Assembly: GCA_964016885.1 (NCBI GenBank)
Contig: OZ024742.1
Location: 165,974,001 to 166,038,000 of the forward strand
Source: Eledone cirrhosa
Taxonomy: Eukaryota
Length of the DNA stretch: 64,000 bases
Direction of reading: 5' to 3'
Shown here: piece after piece, positions 12,581 through 25,000 of the stretch
Position numbering within the stretch: position 1 is the stretch's first letter
Layout: each line of letters begins with the position of its first letter
Program-made: the position numbers and the translations under genes
The notes under the pieces: model-generated
What the model saw: the letters and a program-made list of their open reading frames with translations, nothing else
Databases searched by the model: none
Told to the model about the DNA's origin: nothing

Positions 12581-15500
12581 AAATCAGGGGGAGATAATTT
12601 GTAAAAAAAATCAGGGGGAGATAATTTGTAAAAAAAATCAAGGGGAGATAATTACCAGCCGTCCAAGGAGAGATAATTTTAAAAAAAAATCAGGCGGAGA
12701 TAATTTGTAAAAAAAAATCAGGGGGAGATAATTTGTAAAAAAAAATCAGGGGGAGATAATTTGTAAAAAAAATCAAGGGGAGATAATTTCCAGCCGTCCA
12801 AGGGGAGATAATTTTCAGCCGTCCAAGGGGAGATAATTTCCAGCCGTCCAAGGGGAGATAATTTTAAAAAAAAATCAGGCGGAGATAATTTGTAAAAAAA
12901 ATCAAGGGGAGATAATTTGCAACCGTCCAAGGGGACATAATTTTCAGTCGTCCAAGGAGAGGTAATTTCTAGCCGTACAAGGGGAGATAATTTCCAGCCG
13001 TCCAAGGGGAGATAATTTTTTTTTAAAAATCAGGCGGAGATAATTTGTAAAAAAAAAATCAGGGGGAGATAATTTGTAAAAAAAAATCAGGGGGAGATAA
13101 TTTGTAAAAAAAAATCAGGGGGAGATAATTTGTAAAAAAAATCAAGGGGAGATAATTTCCAGCCGTCTAAGGGAAGATAATTTCCAGCCCTCCAAGGGGC
13201 TATAATTTCCAGCGTCCAAGGGGAGATAATTTCCAGCCAGCGAAGGGGAGATAATTGTTTTAAAAAAATCATTGGGAGATTTGTAAAAAAAATCAGGGGG
13301 AGATAATTAATAAAAAAAATCAAGGGGAGATAATTTCCAGCCGTCCAAAGGGAGGTAATATCTAGCCGTCCAAGGGGAGATAATTTCCAGCCGTCCAAGG
13401 GGTGATAATTTCCAGCCGTCCAAGGGTAGATAATATCCAGCCGTCCAAGGAGACATATTTTCCAGCCGTCCAAGGAGAGGTAATTTCTAGCCGTCCAAGG
13501 GGAGATAAATTCCAGCCTCCAAGGGGAGATAATTTCCAGCCAGCCAAGGGGAGATAATTTGTAAAAAAATCAGGGGGAGATAATTTGTAAAAAAAATCAG
13601 GGGTAGATAATTTGTAAAAAAAAATCAGGTGGAGATAATTTGTAAAAAAAAATCAGGGGGAGATAATTTGTAAAAAAAATCAAGGGGAGATAATTTCCAG
13701 CCGTCCAAGGAGAGATAATTTTAAAAAAAAATCAGGCGGAGATAATTTGTAAAAAAAAATCAGGGGGAGATAATTTGTAAAAAAAAATCAGGGGGAGATA
13801 ATTTGTAAAAAAAATCAAGGGGAGATAATTTCCAGCCGTCCAAGGGGAGATAATTTCCAGCCGTCCAAGGGGAGATAATTTTTTTTAAAAAATCAGGCGG
13901 AGATAATTTGTAAAAAAAATCAGGGGGAGATAATTTGTAAAAAAAAATCAGGGGGAGATAATTTGTAAAAAAAAATCAGGGGGAGATAATTTCCAGCCGT
14001 CCAAGGTAAGATAATTTCCAGCCCTCCAAGGGGCTATAATTTCCAGCATCCAAGGGGAGATAATTTCCAGCCGTCCAAGGGTAGATAATATCCAGCCGTC
14101 CAAGTAGACATATTTTCCAGCCGTCCAAGGAGAGGTAATTTCTAGCCGTCCAAGGGGAGATAAATTCCAGCCTCCAAGGGGAGATAATTTCCAGCCAGCC
14201 AAGGGGAGATAATTTGTAAAAAAATCAGGGGGAGATAATTTGTAAAAAAAATCAGGGGGAGATAATTTGTAAAAAAAAATCAGGGGGAGATAATTTGTAA
14301 AAAAAAATCAGGGGGAGATAATTTGTAAAAAAAAATCAGGGGGAGATAATTTCCAGCCGTCCAAGGGGAGATAATTTTCAGCCGTCCAAGGGTAGATAAT
14401 ATCCAGCCGTCCAAGTAGACATTTTCCAGCCGTCCAAGGAGAGGTAATTTCTAGCCGTCCAAGGGGAGATAAATTCCAGCCTCCAAGGGGAGATAATTTC
14501 CAGCCAGCCAAGGGGAGATAATTTGTAAAAAAATCAGGGGGAGATAATTTGTAAAAAAAATCAGGGGGAGATAATTTGTAAAAAAAAATCAGGGGGAGAT
14601 AATTTGTAAAAAAAAATCAGGAGATAATTTGTAAAAAAAAATCAGGGGGAGATAATTTGTAAAAAAAATCAAGGGGAGATAATTTCCAGCCGTCCAAGGG
14701 GAGATAATTTTCAGCCGTCCAAGGGGAGATAATTTCCAGCCGTCCAAGGGGAGATAATTTCCATCCTTCCAAGGGGAGATAATTTCCAGCCGTCCAAGGG
14801 GAGATAATTTTCAGCCGTCCAAGGGGAGATAATTTCCCGCCAGCCAAGGGAAGATAATATTTTAAAAAATCAGGCGGAGATAATTTGTAAAAAAAATCAG
14901 GGGGAGATAATTTGTAAAAAAATCAGGGGGAGATAATTTGTAAAAAAAAAATCAGGGGGAGATAATTTGTAAAAAAAATCAGGGGGAGATAATTTGTAAA
15001 AAAAAAATCAGGGGTAGATAATTTGTAAAAAAAAATCAGGGGGAGATAATTTGTAAAAAAAAAATCAGGGGGAGATAATTTGTAAAAAAAAATCAGGGGG
15101 AGATAATTTCCAGCCGTCCAAGGGGAGATAATTTTCAGCCGTCCAAGGGGAGATAATTTCCCGCCAGCCAAGGGAAGATAATATTTAAAAAAATCAGGCG
15201 GAGATAATTTGTAAAAAAAATCAGGGGGAGATAATTTGTAAAAAAATCAGGGGGAGATAATTTGTAAAAAAAATCAAGGGGAGATAATTTCCAGCCGTCC
15301 AAGGGGAGGTAATATCTAGCCGTCCAAGGGGAGATAATTTCCAGCCGTCCAAGAGGAGATAATTTCCAGCCGTCCAAGGGTAGATAATATCCAGCCGTCC
15401 AAGGATACATATTTTCCAGCCGTCCAAGGAGAGGTAATTTCTAGCCGTCCAAGGGGAGATAAATTCCAGCCTCCAAGGGGAGATAATTTCCAGCCAGCCA

Positions 15501-18500
15501 AGGGGAGATAATTTGTAAAAAAAATCAGGGGGAGATAATTTGTAAAAAAAATCAGGGGGAGATAATTTGTAAAAAAAAATCAGGGGGAGATAATTTGTAA
15601 AAAAAATCAGGGGGAGATAATTTGTAAAAAAAAATCAAGGGGAGATAATTTCCAGCCGTCCAAGGGGAGATAATTTTCAGCCGCCCAAGGGGAGATAATT
15701 TCCCGCCAGCCAAAAGAAGATAATATTTAAAAAATCAGGCGGAGATAATTTGTAAAAAAAATCAGGGGGAGATAATTTGTAAAAAAATCAGGGGGAGATA
15801 ATTTGTAAAAAAAAAATCAGGGGGAGATAATTTGTAAAAAAAATCAGGGGGAGATGATTTGTAAAAAAAAATCAGGGGTAGATAATTTGTAAAAAAAAAT
15901 CAGGGGGAGATAATTTGTAAAAAAAAATCAGGGGGAGATAATTTGTAAAAAAAATCAAGGGGAGATAATTTCCAGCCGTCGAAGGGAAGATAATTTCCAG
16001 CCCTCCAAGGGGCTATAATTTCCAGCGTCCAAGGGGAGATAATTTCCAGCCGTCCAAGGGGAGATAATTTCCAGCCGTCCAAGGGTAGATAATATCCAGC
16101 CGTCCAAGTAGACATTTTCCAGCCGTCCAAGGAGAGGTAATTTCTAGCCGTCCAAGGGGAGATAAATTCCAGCCTCCAAGGGGAGATAATTTCCAGCCAG
16201 CCAAGGGGAGATAATTTGTAAAAAAATCAGGGGGAGATAATTTGTAAAAAAAATCAGGGGGAGATAATTTGTAAAAAAAAATCAGGGGGAGATAATTTGT
16301 AAAAAAAAATCAGGGGGAGATAATTTGTAAAAAAAATCAGGGGGAGATAATTTGTAAAAAAATCAAGGGGAGATAATTTCCAGCCGTCCAAGGGGAGATA
16401 ATTTTCAGCCGTCCAAGGGGAGATAATTTCCAGCCGTCCAAGGGGAGATAATTTCCATCCTTCCAAGGGGAGATAATTTCCAGCCGTCCAAGGGGAGATA
16501 ATTTTCAGCCGTCCAAGGGGAGATAATTTCCCGCCAGCCAAGGGAAGATAATATTTTAAAAAATCAGGCGGAGATAATTTGTAAAAAAAATCAGGGGGAG
16601 ATAATTTGTAAAAAAATCAGGGGGAGATAATTTGTAAAAAAAAATCAGGGGGAGATAATTTGTAAAAAAAATCAGGGGTAGATAATTTGTAAAAAAAATC
16701 AGGGGTAGATAATTTGTAAAAAAAAATCAGGGGGAGATAATTTGTAAAAAAAAAATCAGGGGGAGATAATTTGTAAAAAAAATCAAGGGGAGATAATTTC
16801 CAGCCGTCCAAGGAGAGATAATTTTTAAAAAAAATCAGGCGGAGATAATTTGTAAAAAAAATCAAGGGGAGATAATTTGTAAAAAAAAATCAGGGGGAGA
16901 TAATTTGTAAAAAAAATCAAGGGGAGATAATTTCCAGCCGTCCAAGGGAAGATAATTTCCAGCACTCCAAGGGGCTATAATTTCCAGTGTCCAAGGGGAG
17001 ATAATTTCCAGCCAGCGAAGGGGAGATAATTTTTTTAAAAAAATCAGGGGGAGATATGTAAAAAAAATCAGAGGGAGATAATTTCTAAAAAAAATCAAAG
17101 GGAGATAATTTCCAGCCGTCCAAAGAGAGATAATTTCTAGCCGTCCAAGGGGAGATAATTTCCAGCCAAGGGGAGATAATTTCCAGCCGTCCAAGGGGAG
17201 ATAATTATTTAAAAAATCAGGTGGAGATAATTTGTAAAAAAAATCAGGGGGAGATAATTTGTAAAAACAAAATCAAGGGCAGATAATTTCCAGCTGTCCA
17301 AGGGGAGATAATTTCCAGCCGTGCAAGGGGAGATAATTTCCAGCCGTCCAAGGGGAGATAATTTCCATCCTTCCAAGGGGAGATAATGTCCAGCCGTCCA
17401 AGGGGAGATAATTTCCCGCCATCCAAGGGAAGATAATTTTTAAAAAAATCAGGCGGAGATTGTAAAAAAAATCAGGGGGAGATAATTTGTAAAAAAATCA
17501 GGGGGAGATAATTTGTAAAAAAAAAATCAGGGGGAGATAATTTGTAAAAAAAATCAGGGGTACATAATTTGTAAAAAAAAATCAGGGGGAGATAATTTGT
17601 AAAAAAAAATCAGGGGGAGATAATTTGTAAAAAAATCAAGGGGAGATAATATGCAGCCGTCCAAGGGGAGATAATTTTCAGCCGTCCAAGGAGAGGTAAT
17701 TTCTAGCCGTCCAAGGGGAGATAATTTCCAGCCGTCCAAGGGGAGATAGTTTTTTTAAAAAAATCAGGCGGAGATAATTTATAAAAAAAAAATCAGAGGG
17801 AGATAATTTGTAAAAAAAAATCAGGGGGAGATAATTTGTAAAAAAAAATCAGGGGGAGATAATTTGTAAAAAAAATCAGGGGGAGATAATTAGTAAAAAA
17901 AATCAAGGGGAGATAATTTCCAGCCGTCCAAGGGGAGGTAATATCTAGCCGTCCACGGGGAGATAATTTCCAGCCGTCCAAGGGGAGATAATTTCCAGCC
18001 GTCCAAGGGTAGATAATATCCAGCCGTCCAAGTAGACATATTTTCCAGCCGTCCAAGGAGAGGTAATTTCTAGCCGTCCAAGGGGAGATAAATTCCAGCC
18101 TCCAAGGGGAGATAATTTCCAGCCAGCCAAGGGGAGATAATTTGTAAAAAAATCAGGGGGAGATAATTTGTAAAAAAAATCAGGGGGAGATAATTTGTAA
18201 AAAAAAATCAGGGGGAGATAATTTGTAAAAAAAAATCAGGGGGAGATAATTTGTAAAAAAAATCAGGGGGAGATAATTTGTAAAAAAAAATCAGGGGGAG
18301 ATAATTTGTAAAAAAAAATCAGGGGGAGATAATTTGTAAAAAAAAATCAGGGGGAGATAATTTGTAAAAAAAATCAAGGGGAGATAATTTCCAGCCGTCC
18401 AAGGGGAGATAATTTCCAGCCGTCCAAGGGGAGGTAATATCTAGCCGTCCAAGGGGAGATAATTTCCAGCCGTCCAAGAGGAGATAATTTCCAGCCGTCC

Positions 18501-19080
18501 AAGGGTAGATAATATCCAGCCGTCCAAGGAGACATATTTTCCAGCCGTCCAAGGAGAGGTAATTTCTAGCCGTCCAAGGGGAGATAAATTCCAGCCTCCA
18601 AGGGGAGATAATTTCCAGCCAGCCAAGGGGAGATAATTTGTAAAAAAAATCAGGGGGAGATAATTTGTAAAAAAAATCAGGGGGAGATAATTTGTAAAAA
18701 AAAATCAGGGGGAGATAATTTGTAAAAAAAATCAGGGGGAGATAATTTGTAAAAAAAAATCAAGGGGAGATAATTTCCAGCCGTCCAAGGGGAGATAATT
18801 TTCAGCCGCCCAAGGGGAGATAATTTCCCGCCAGCCAAAAGAAGATAATATTTAAAAAATCAGGCGGAGATAATTTGTAAAAAAAATCAGGGGGAGATAA
18901 TTTGTAAAAAAATCAGGGGGAGATAATTTGTAAAAAAAAAATCAGGGGGAGATAATTTGTAAAAAAAATCAGGGGGAGATGATTTGTAAAAAAAAATCAG
19001 GGGTAGATAATTTGTAAAAAAAAATCAGGGGGAGATAATTTGTAAAAAAAAATCAGGGGGAGATAATTTGTAAAAAAAAT
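12581..19080 (+). repeat. Second copy of the segment 1..~6400 (offset 12580 at its start)
   Basis: The rare marker ATTACCAGCC occurs at 71 and 12651. ORFs 138/12718, 507/13087, 1368/13948 and 1728/14308 all have offset 12580. Further along the offsets shift to 12325-12699 through indels. Confidence 0.88.
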
Positions 19081-22000
19081 CAAGGGGAGATAATTTCCAG
19101 CCGTCGAAGGGAAGATAATTTCCAGCCCTCCAAGGGGCTATAATTTCCAGCGTCCAAGGGGAGATAATTTCCAGCCGTCCAAGGGGAGATAATTTCCAGC
19201 CGTCCAAGGGTAGATAATATCCAGCCGTCCAAGTAGACATTTTCCAGCCGTCCAAGGAGAGATAATTTTAAAAAAAAATCAGGCGGAGATAATTTGTAAA
19301 AAAAAATCAGGGGGAGATAATTTGTAAAAAAAAATCAGGGGTAGATAATTTGTAAAAAAAATCAAGGGGAGATAATTTCCAGCCGTCCAAGGGGAGATAA
19401 TTTTCAGCCGTCCAAGGGGAGATAATTTCCAGCCGTCCAAGGGGAGATAATTTTTAAAAAAAAATCAGGCGGAGATAATTTGTAAAAAAAATCAAGGGGA
19501 GATAATTTGCAACCGTCCAAGGGGACATAATTTTCAGTCGTCCAAGGAGAGGTAATTTCTAGCCGTCCAAGGGGAGATAATTTCCAGCCGTCCAAGGGGA
19601 GATAATTTCCAGCCGTCCAAGGGGAGATAATTTTTTTTTAAAAATCAGGCGGAGATAATTTGTAAAAAAAAAATCAGGGGGAGATAATTTGTAAAAAAAA
19701 ATCAGGGGGAGATAATTTGTAAAAAAAAATCAGGGGGAGATAATTTGTAAAAAAAATCAAGGGGAGATAATTTCCAGCCGTCCAAGGGAAGATAATTTCC
19801 AGCCCTCCAAGGGGCTATAATTTCCAGCGTCCAAGGGGAGATAATTTCCAGCCAGCGAAGGGGAGATAATTGTTTTAAAAAAATCATTGGGAGATTTGTA
19901 AAAAAAATCAGGGGGAGATAATTAATAAAAAAAATCAAGGGGAGATAATTCCAGCCGTCCAAGGGGAGGTAATATCTAGCCGTCCAAGGGGAGATAATTT
20001 CCAGCCGTCCAAGGGGAGATAATTTCCAGCCGTCCAAGGGTAGATAATATCCAGCCGTCCAAGGAGACATATTTTCCAGCCGTCCAAGGAGAGGTAATTT
20101 CTAGCCGTCCAAGGGGAGATAAATTCCAGCCTCCAAGGGGAGATAATTTCCAGCCAGCCAAGGGGAGATAATTTGTAAAAAAAGTCAGGGGTAGATAATT
20201 TGTAAAAAAAAATCAGGGGGAGATAATTTGTAAAAAAAATCAGGGGGAGATAATTTGTAAAAAAAATCAAGGGGAGATAATTTCCAGCCGTCCAAGGAGA
20301 GATAATTTTTAAAAAAAAATCAGGCGGAGATAATTTGTAAAAAAAAATCAGGGGGAGATAATTTGTAAAAAAAAATCAGGGGGAGATAATTTGTAAAAAA
20401 AATCAAGGGGAGATAATTTCCAGCCGTCCAAGGGGAGATAATTTCCAGCCGTCCAAGGGGAGATAAATTTTTTAAAAAAATCAGGCGGAGATAATTTGTA
20501 AAAAAAATCAATGGGAGATAATTTGTAAAAAAAAATCAGGGGGAGATAATTTGTAAAAAAAATCAGGGGGAGATAATTTCCAGCCGTCCAAGGTAAGATA
20601 ATTTCCAGCCCTCCAAGGGGCTATAATTTCCAGCATCCAAGGGGAGATAATTTCCAGCCGTCCAAGGGTAGATAATATCCAGCCGTCCAAGTAGACATAT
20701 TTTCCAGCCGTCCAAGGAGAGGTAATTTCTAGCCGTCCAAGGGGAGATAAATTCCAGCCTCCAAGGGGAGATAATTTCCAGCCAGCCAAGGGGAGATAAT
20801 TTGTAAAAAAATCAGGGGGAGATAATTTGTAAAAAAAATCAGGGGGAGATAATTTGTAAAAAAAAATCAGGGGGAGATAATTTGTAAAAAAAAATCAGGG
20901 GTAGATAATTTGTAAAAAAAAATCAGGGGGAGATAATTTGTAAAAAATAATCAGGGGGAGATAATTTGTAAAAAAAAATCAGGGGGAGATAATTTGTAAA
21001 AAAAATCAAGGGGAGATAATTTCCAGCCGTCCAAGGGGAGATAATTTTCAGCCTTCCAAGGGGAGATAATTTCCAGCCGTCCAAGGGGAGATAATTTCCA
21101 TCCTTCCAAGGGGAGATAATTTCCAGCCTTCCAAGGGGAGATAATTTTCAGCCGTCCAAGGGGAGATAATTTCCCGCCAGCCAAGGGAAGATAATATTTT
21201 AAAAAATCAGGCGGAGATAATTTGTAAAAAAAATCAGGGGGAGATAATTTGTAAAAAAATCAGGGGGAGATAATTTGTAAAAAAAAAATCAGGGGGAGAT
21301 AATTTGTAAAAAAAATCAGGGGGAGATAATTTGGAAAAAAAAATCAGGGGTAGATAATTTGTAAAAAAAAATCAGGGGGAGATAATTTGTAAAAAAAAAA
21401 TCAGGGGGAGATAATTTGTAAAAAAAATCAAGGGGAGATAATTTCCAGCCGTCCAAGGAGAGATAATTTTTTAAAAAAATCAGGCGGAGATAATTTGTAA
21501 AAAAAAATCAAGGGGAGACAATTTGTAAAAAAAAATCAGGGGGAGATAATTTGTAAAAAAAATCAAGGGGAGATAATTTCCAGCCGTCCAAGGGAAGATA
21601 ATTTCCAGCACTCCAAGGGGCTATAATTTCCAGTGTCCAAGGGGAGATAATTTCCAGCCAGCGAAGGGGAGATAATTTTTTTAAAAAAATCAGGGGGAGA
21701 TATGTAAAAAAAATCAGAGGGAGATAATTTCTAAAAAAAATCAAAGGGAGATAATTTCCAGCCGTCCAAAGAGAGATAATTTCTAGCCGTCCAAGGGGAG
21801 ATAATTTCCAGACAAGGGGAGATAATTTCCAGCCGTCCAAGGGGAGATAATTATTTAAAAAATCAGGTGGAGATAATTTGTAAAAAAAATCAGGGGGAGA
21901 TAATTTGTAAAAAGAAAATCAAGGGCAGATAATTTCCAGCTGTCCAAGGGGAGATAATTTCCAGCCGTGCAAGGGGAGATAATTTCCAGCCGTCCAAGGG

Positions 22001-25000
22001 GAGATAATTTCCATCCTTCCAAGGGGAGATAATCTCCAGCCGTCCAAGGGGAGATAATTTCCCGCCAGCCAAGGGAAGATAATTTTTTAAAAAATCAGGC
22101 GGAGATTGTAAAAAAAATCAGGGGGAGATAATTTGTAAAAAAATCAGGGGGAGATAATTTGTAAAAAAAAAATCAGGGGAGATAATTTGTAAAAAAAAAT
22201 CAGGGGGAGATAATTTGTAAAAAAAAATCAGGGGGAGATAATTTGTAAAAAAAATCAGGGGTAGATAATTTGTAAAAAAAAATCAGGGGGAGATAATTTG
22301 TAAAAAAAAATCAGTGGGAGATAATTTGTAAAAAAATCAAGGGGAGATAATATGCAGCCGTCCAAGGGGAGATAATTTTCAGCCGTCCAAGGAGAGTTAA
22401 TTTCTAGCCGTCCAAGGGGAGATAATTTCCAGCCGTCCAAGGGGAGATAATTTCCAGCCGTCCAAGGGGAGATAGTTTTTTTAAAAAAATCAGGCGGAGA
22501 TAATTTGTAAAAAAAAAATCAGGGGGAGATAATTTGTAAAAAAAAATCAGGGGGAGATAATTTGTAAAAAAAAATCAAGGGGAGATAATTTGTAAAAAAA
22601 ATCAGGGGGAGATAATTAGTAAAAAAATCAAGGGGAGATAATTTCCAGCCGTCCAAGGGGAGGTAATATCTAGCCGTCCAAGGGGAGATAATTTCCAGCC
22701 GTCCAAGGGGAGATAATTTCCAGCCGTCCAAGGGTAGATAATTTCCAGCCGTCCAAGTAGACATATTTTCCAGCCGTCCAAGGAGAGGTAATTTCTAGCC
22801 GTCCAAGGGGAGATAAATTCCAGCCTCCAAGGGGAGATAATTTCCAGCCAGCTAAGGGGAGATAATTTGTAAAAAAATCAGGGGGAGATAATTTGTAAAA
22901 AAAAATCAGGGGGAGATAATTTGTAAAAAAAAATCAGGGGGAGATAATTTGTAAAAAAAATCAGGGGGAGATAATTTGTAAAAAAAAATCAGGGGGAGAT
23001 AATTTGTAAAAAAAAATCAGGAGGAGATAATTTGTAAAAAAAAATCAGGGGGAGATAATTTGTAAAAAAGATCAAGGGGAGATAATTTCCAGCCGTCCAA
23101 GGGGAGATAATTTCCAGCCGTCCAAGGGGAGGTAATATCTAGCCGTCCAAGGGGAGATAATTTCCAGCCGTCCAAGAGGAGATAATTTCCAGTGTCCAAG
23201 GGGAGATAATTTCCAGCCAGCGAAGGGGAGATAATTTTTTTTTTTAAATCAGGGGGAGATTTGTAAAAAAAATCAGGGGGAGATAATTTGTAAAAAAAAA
23301 TCAAGGGGAGATAATTTCCAGCCGTCGAAGGGAAGATAATTTCCAGCCCTCCAAGGGGCTATAATTTCCAGCGTCCAAGGGGAGATAATTTCCAGCCAGC
23401 GAAGGGGAGATAATTTTTTTAAAAAAATCATTGGGAGATTTGTAAAAAAATCAGGGAGAGATAATTTGTAAAAAAAATCAAGGGGAGATAATTTCCAGCC
23501 GTCCAAGGGGAGGTAATATCTAGCCGTCCAAGGGGAGATAATTTCCAGCCGTCCAAGGGGAGATAATTTCCAGCCGTCCAAGGGTAGATAATATCCAGCC
23601 GTCCAAGTAGACATTTTCCAGCCGTCCAAGGAGAGGTAATTTCTAGCCGTCCAAGGGGAGATAAATTCCAGCCTCCAAGGGGAGATAATTTCCAGCCAGC
23701 CAAGGGGAGATAATTTGTAAAAAAATCAGGGTTAGATAATTTGTAAAAAAAATCAGGGGGAGATAATTTGTAAAAAAAAATCAGGGGGAGATAATTTGTA
23801 AAAAAAAATCAGGGGGAGATAATTTGTAAAAAAAAATCAGGGGGAGATAATTTGTAAAAAACATCAAGGGGAGATAATTTCCAGCCGTCCAAGGGGAGAT
23901 AATTTTCAGCCGTCCAAGGGGAGATAATTTCCAGCCGTCCAAGGGGAGATAATTTCCATCCTTCCAAGGGGAGATAATTTCCAGCCGTCCAAGGGGAGAT
24001 AATTTCCCGCCAACCAAGGGAAGATAATTTTTAAAAAAATCAGGCGGAGATTGTAAAAAAAATCAGGGGGAGATAATTTGTAAAAAAATCAGGGGGAGAT
24101 AATTTGTAAAAAAAAAATCAGGGGGAGATAATTTGTAAAAAAAATCTGGGGGAGATAATTTGTAAAAAAAAATCAAGGGGAGATAATTTGTACAAAAAAT
24201 CAGGGGTATATAATTTGTAAAAAAAATCAGGGGGAGATAATTTGTAAAAAAAAATCAGGGGGAGATAATTTGTAAAAAAAATCAAGGGGAGATAATTTGC
24301 AGCCGTCCAAGGGGAGATAATTTTCAGCCGTCCAAGGAGAGGTAATTTCTAGCCGTCCAAGGTGAGATAATATCCAGCCGTCCAAGGGGAGATAATTTCC
24401 AGCCGTCCAAGGGGAGATAATTTTAAAAAAAAAACAGGCGAAGATAATTTGTAAAAAAAAAATCAGGGGGAGATAATTTGTAAAAAAAAATCAGGGGGAG
24501 ATAATTTGTAAAAAAAAATCAGGGGGAGATAATTTGTAAAAAAAATTAAGGGGAGATAATTTGTAAAAAAAAATCAGGGGGAGATAATTTGTAAAAAAAA
24601 ATCAGGGGGAGATAATTTGTAAAAAAAATTAAGGGGAGATAATTTGTAAAAAAAAATCAAGGGGAGATAATTTCCAGCCGTCCAAGGAGAGGTAATTTCT
24701 AGACGTCCAAGGGGAGATAATTTCCAGCCGTCCAAGGGGAGATAATTTCCAGCCGTCCAAGGGTAGATAATATCCAGCCGTCCAAGGAGACATATTTTCC
24801 AGCTTTGCAAGGAGAGGTAATTTCTAGCCGTCCAAGGGGAGATAAATTCCAGCCTCCAAGGGGAGATAATTTCCAGCCAGCCAAGGGGAGATGATTTGTA
24901 AAAAAAATCAGGGGGAGATAATTTGTAAAAAAAATCAGGGGGAGATAATTTGTAAAAAAAATCAGGGGGAGATAATTTGTAAAAAAAATCAGGGGGAGAT

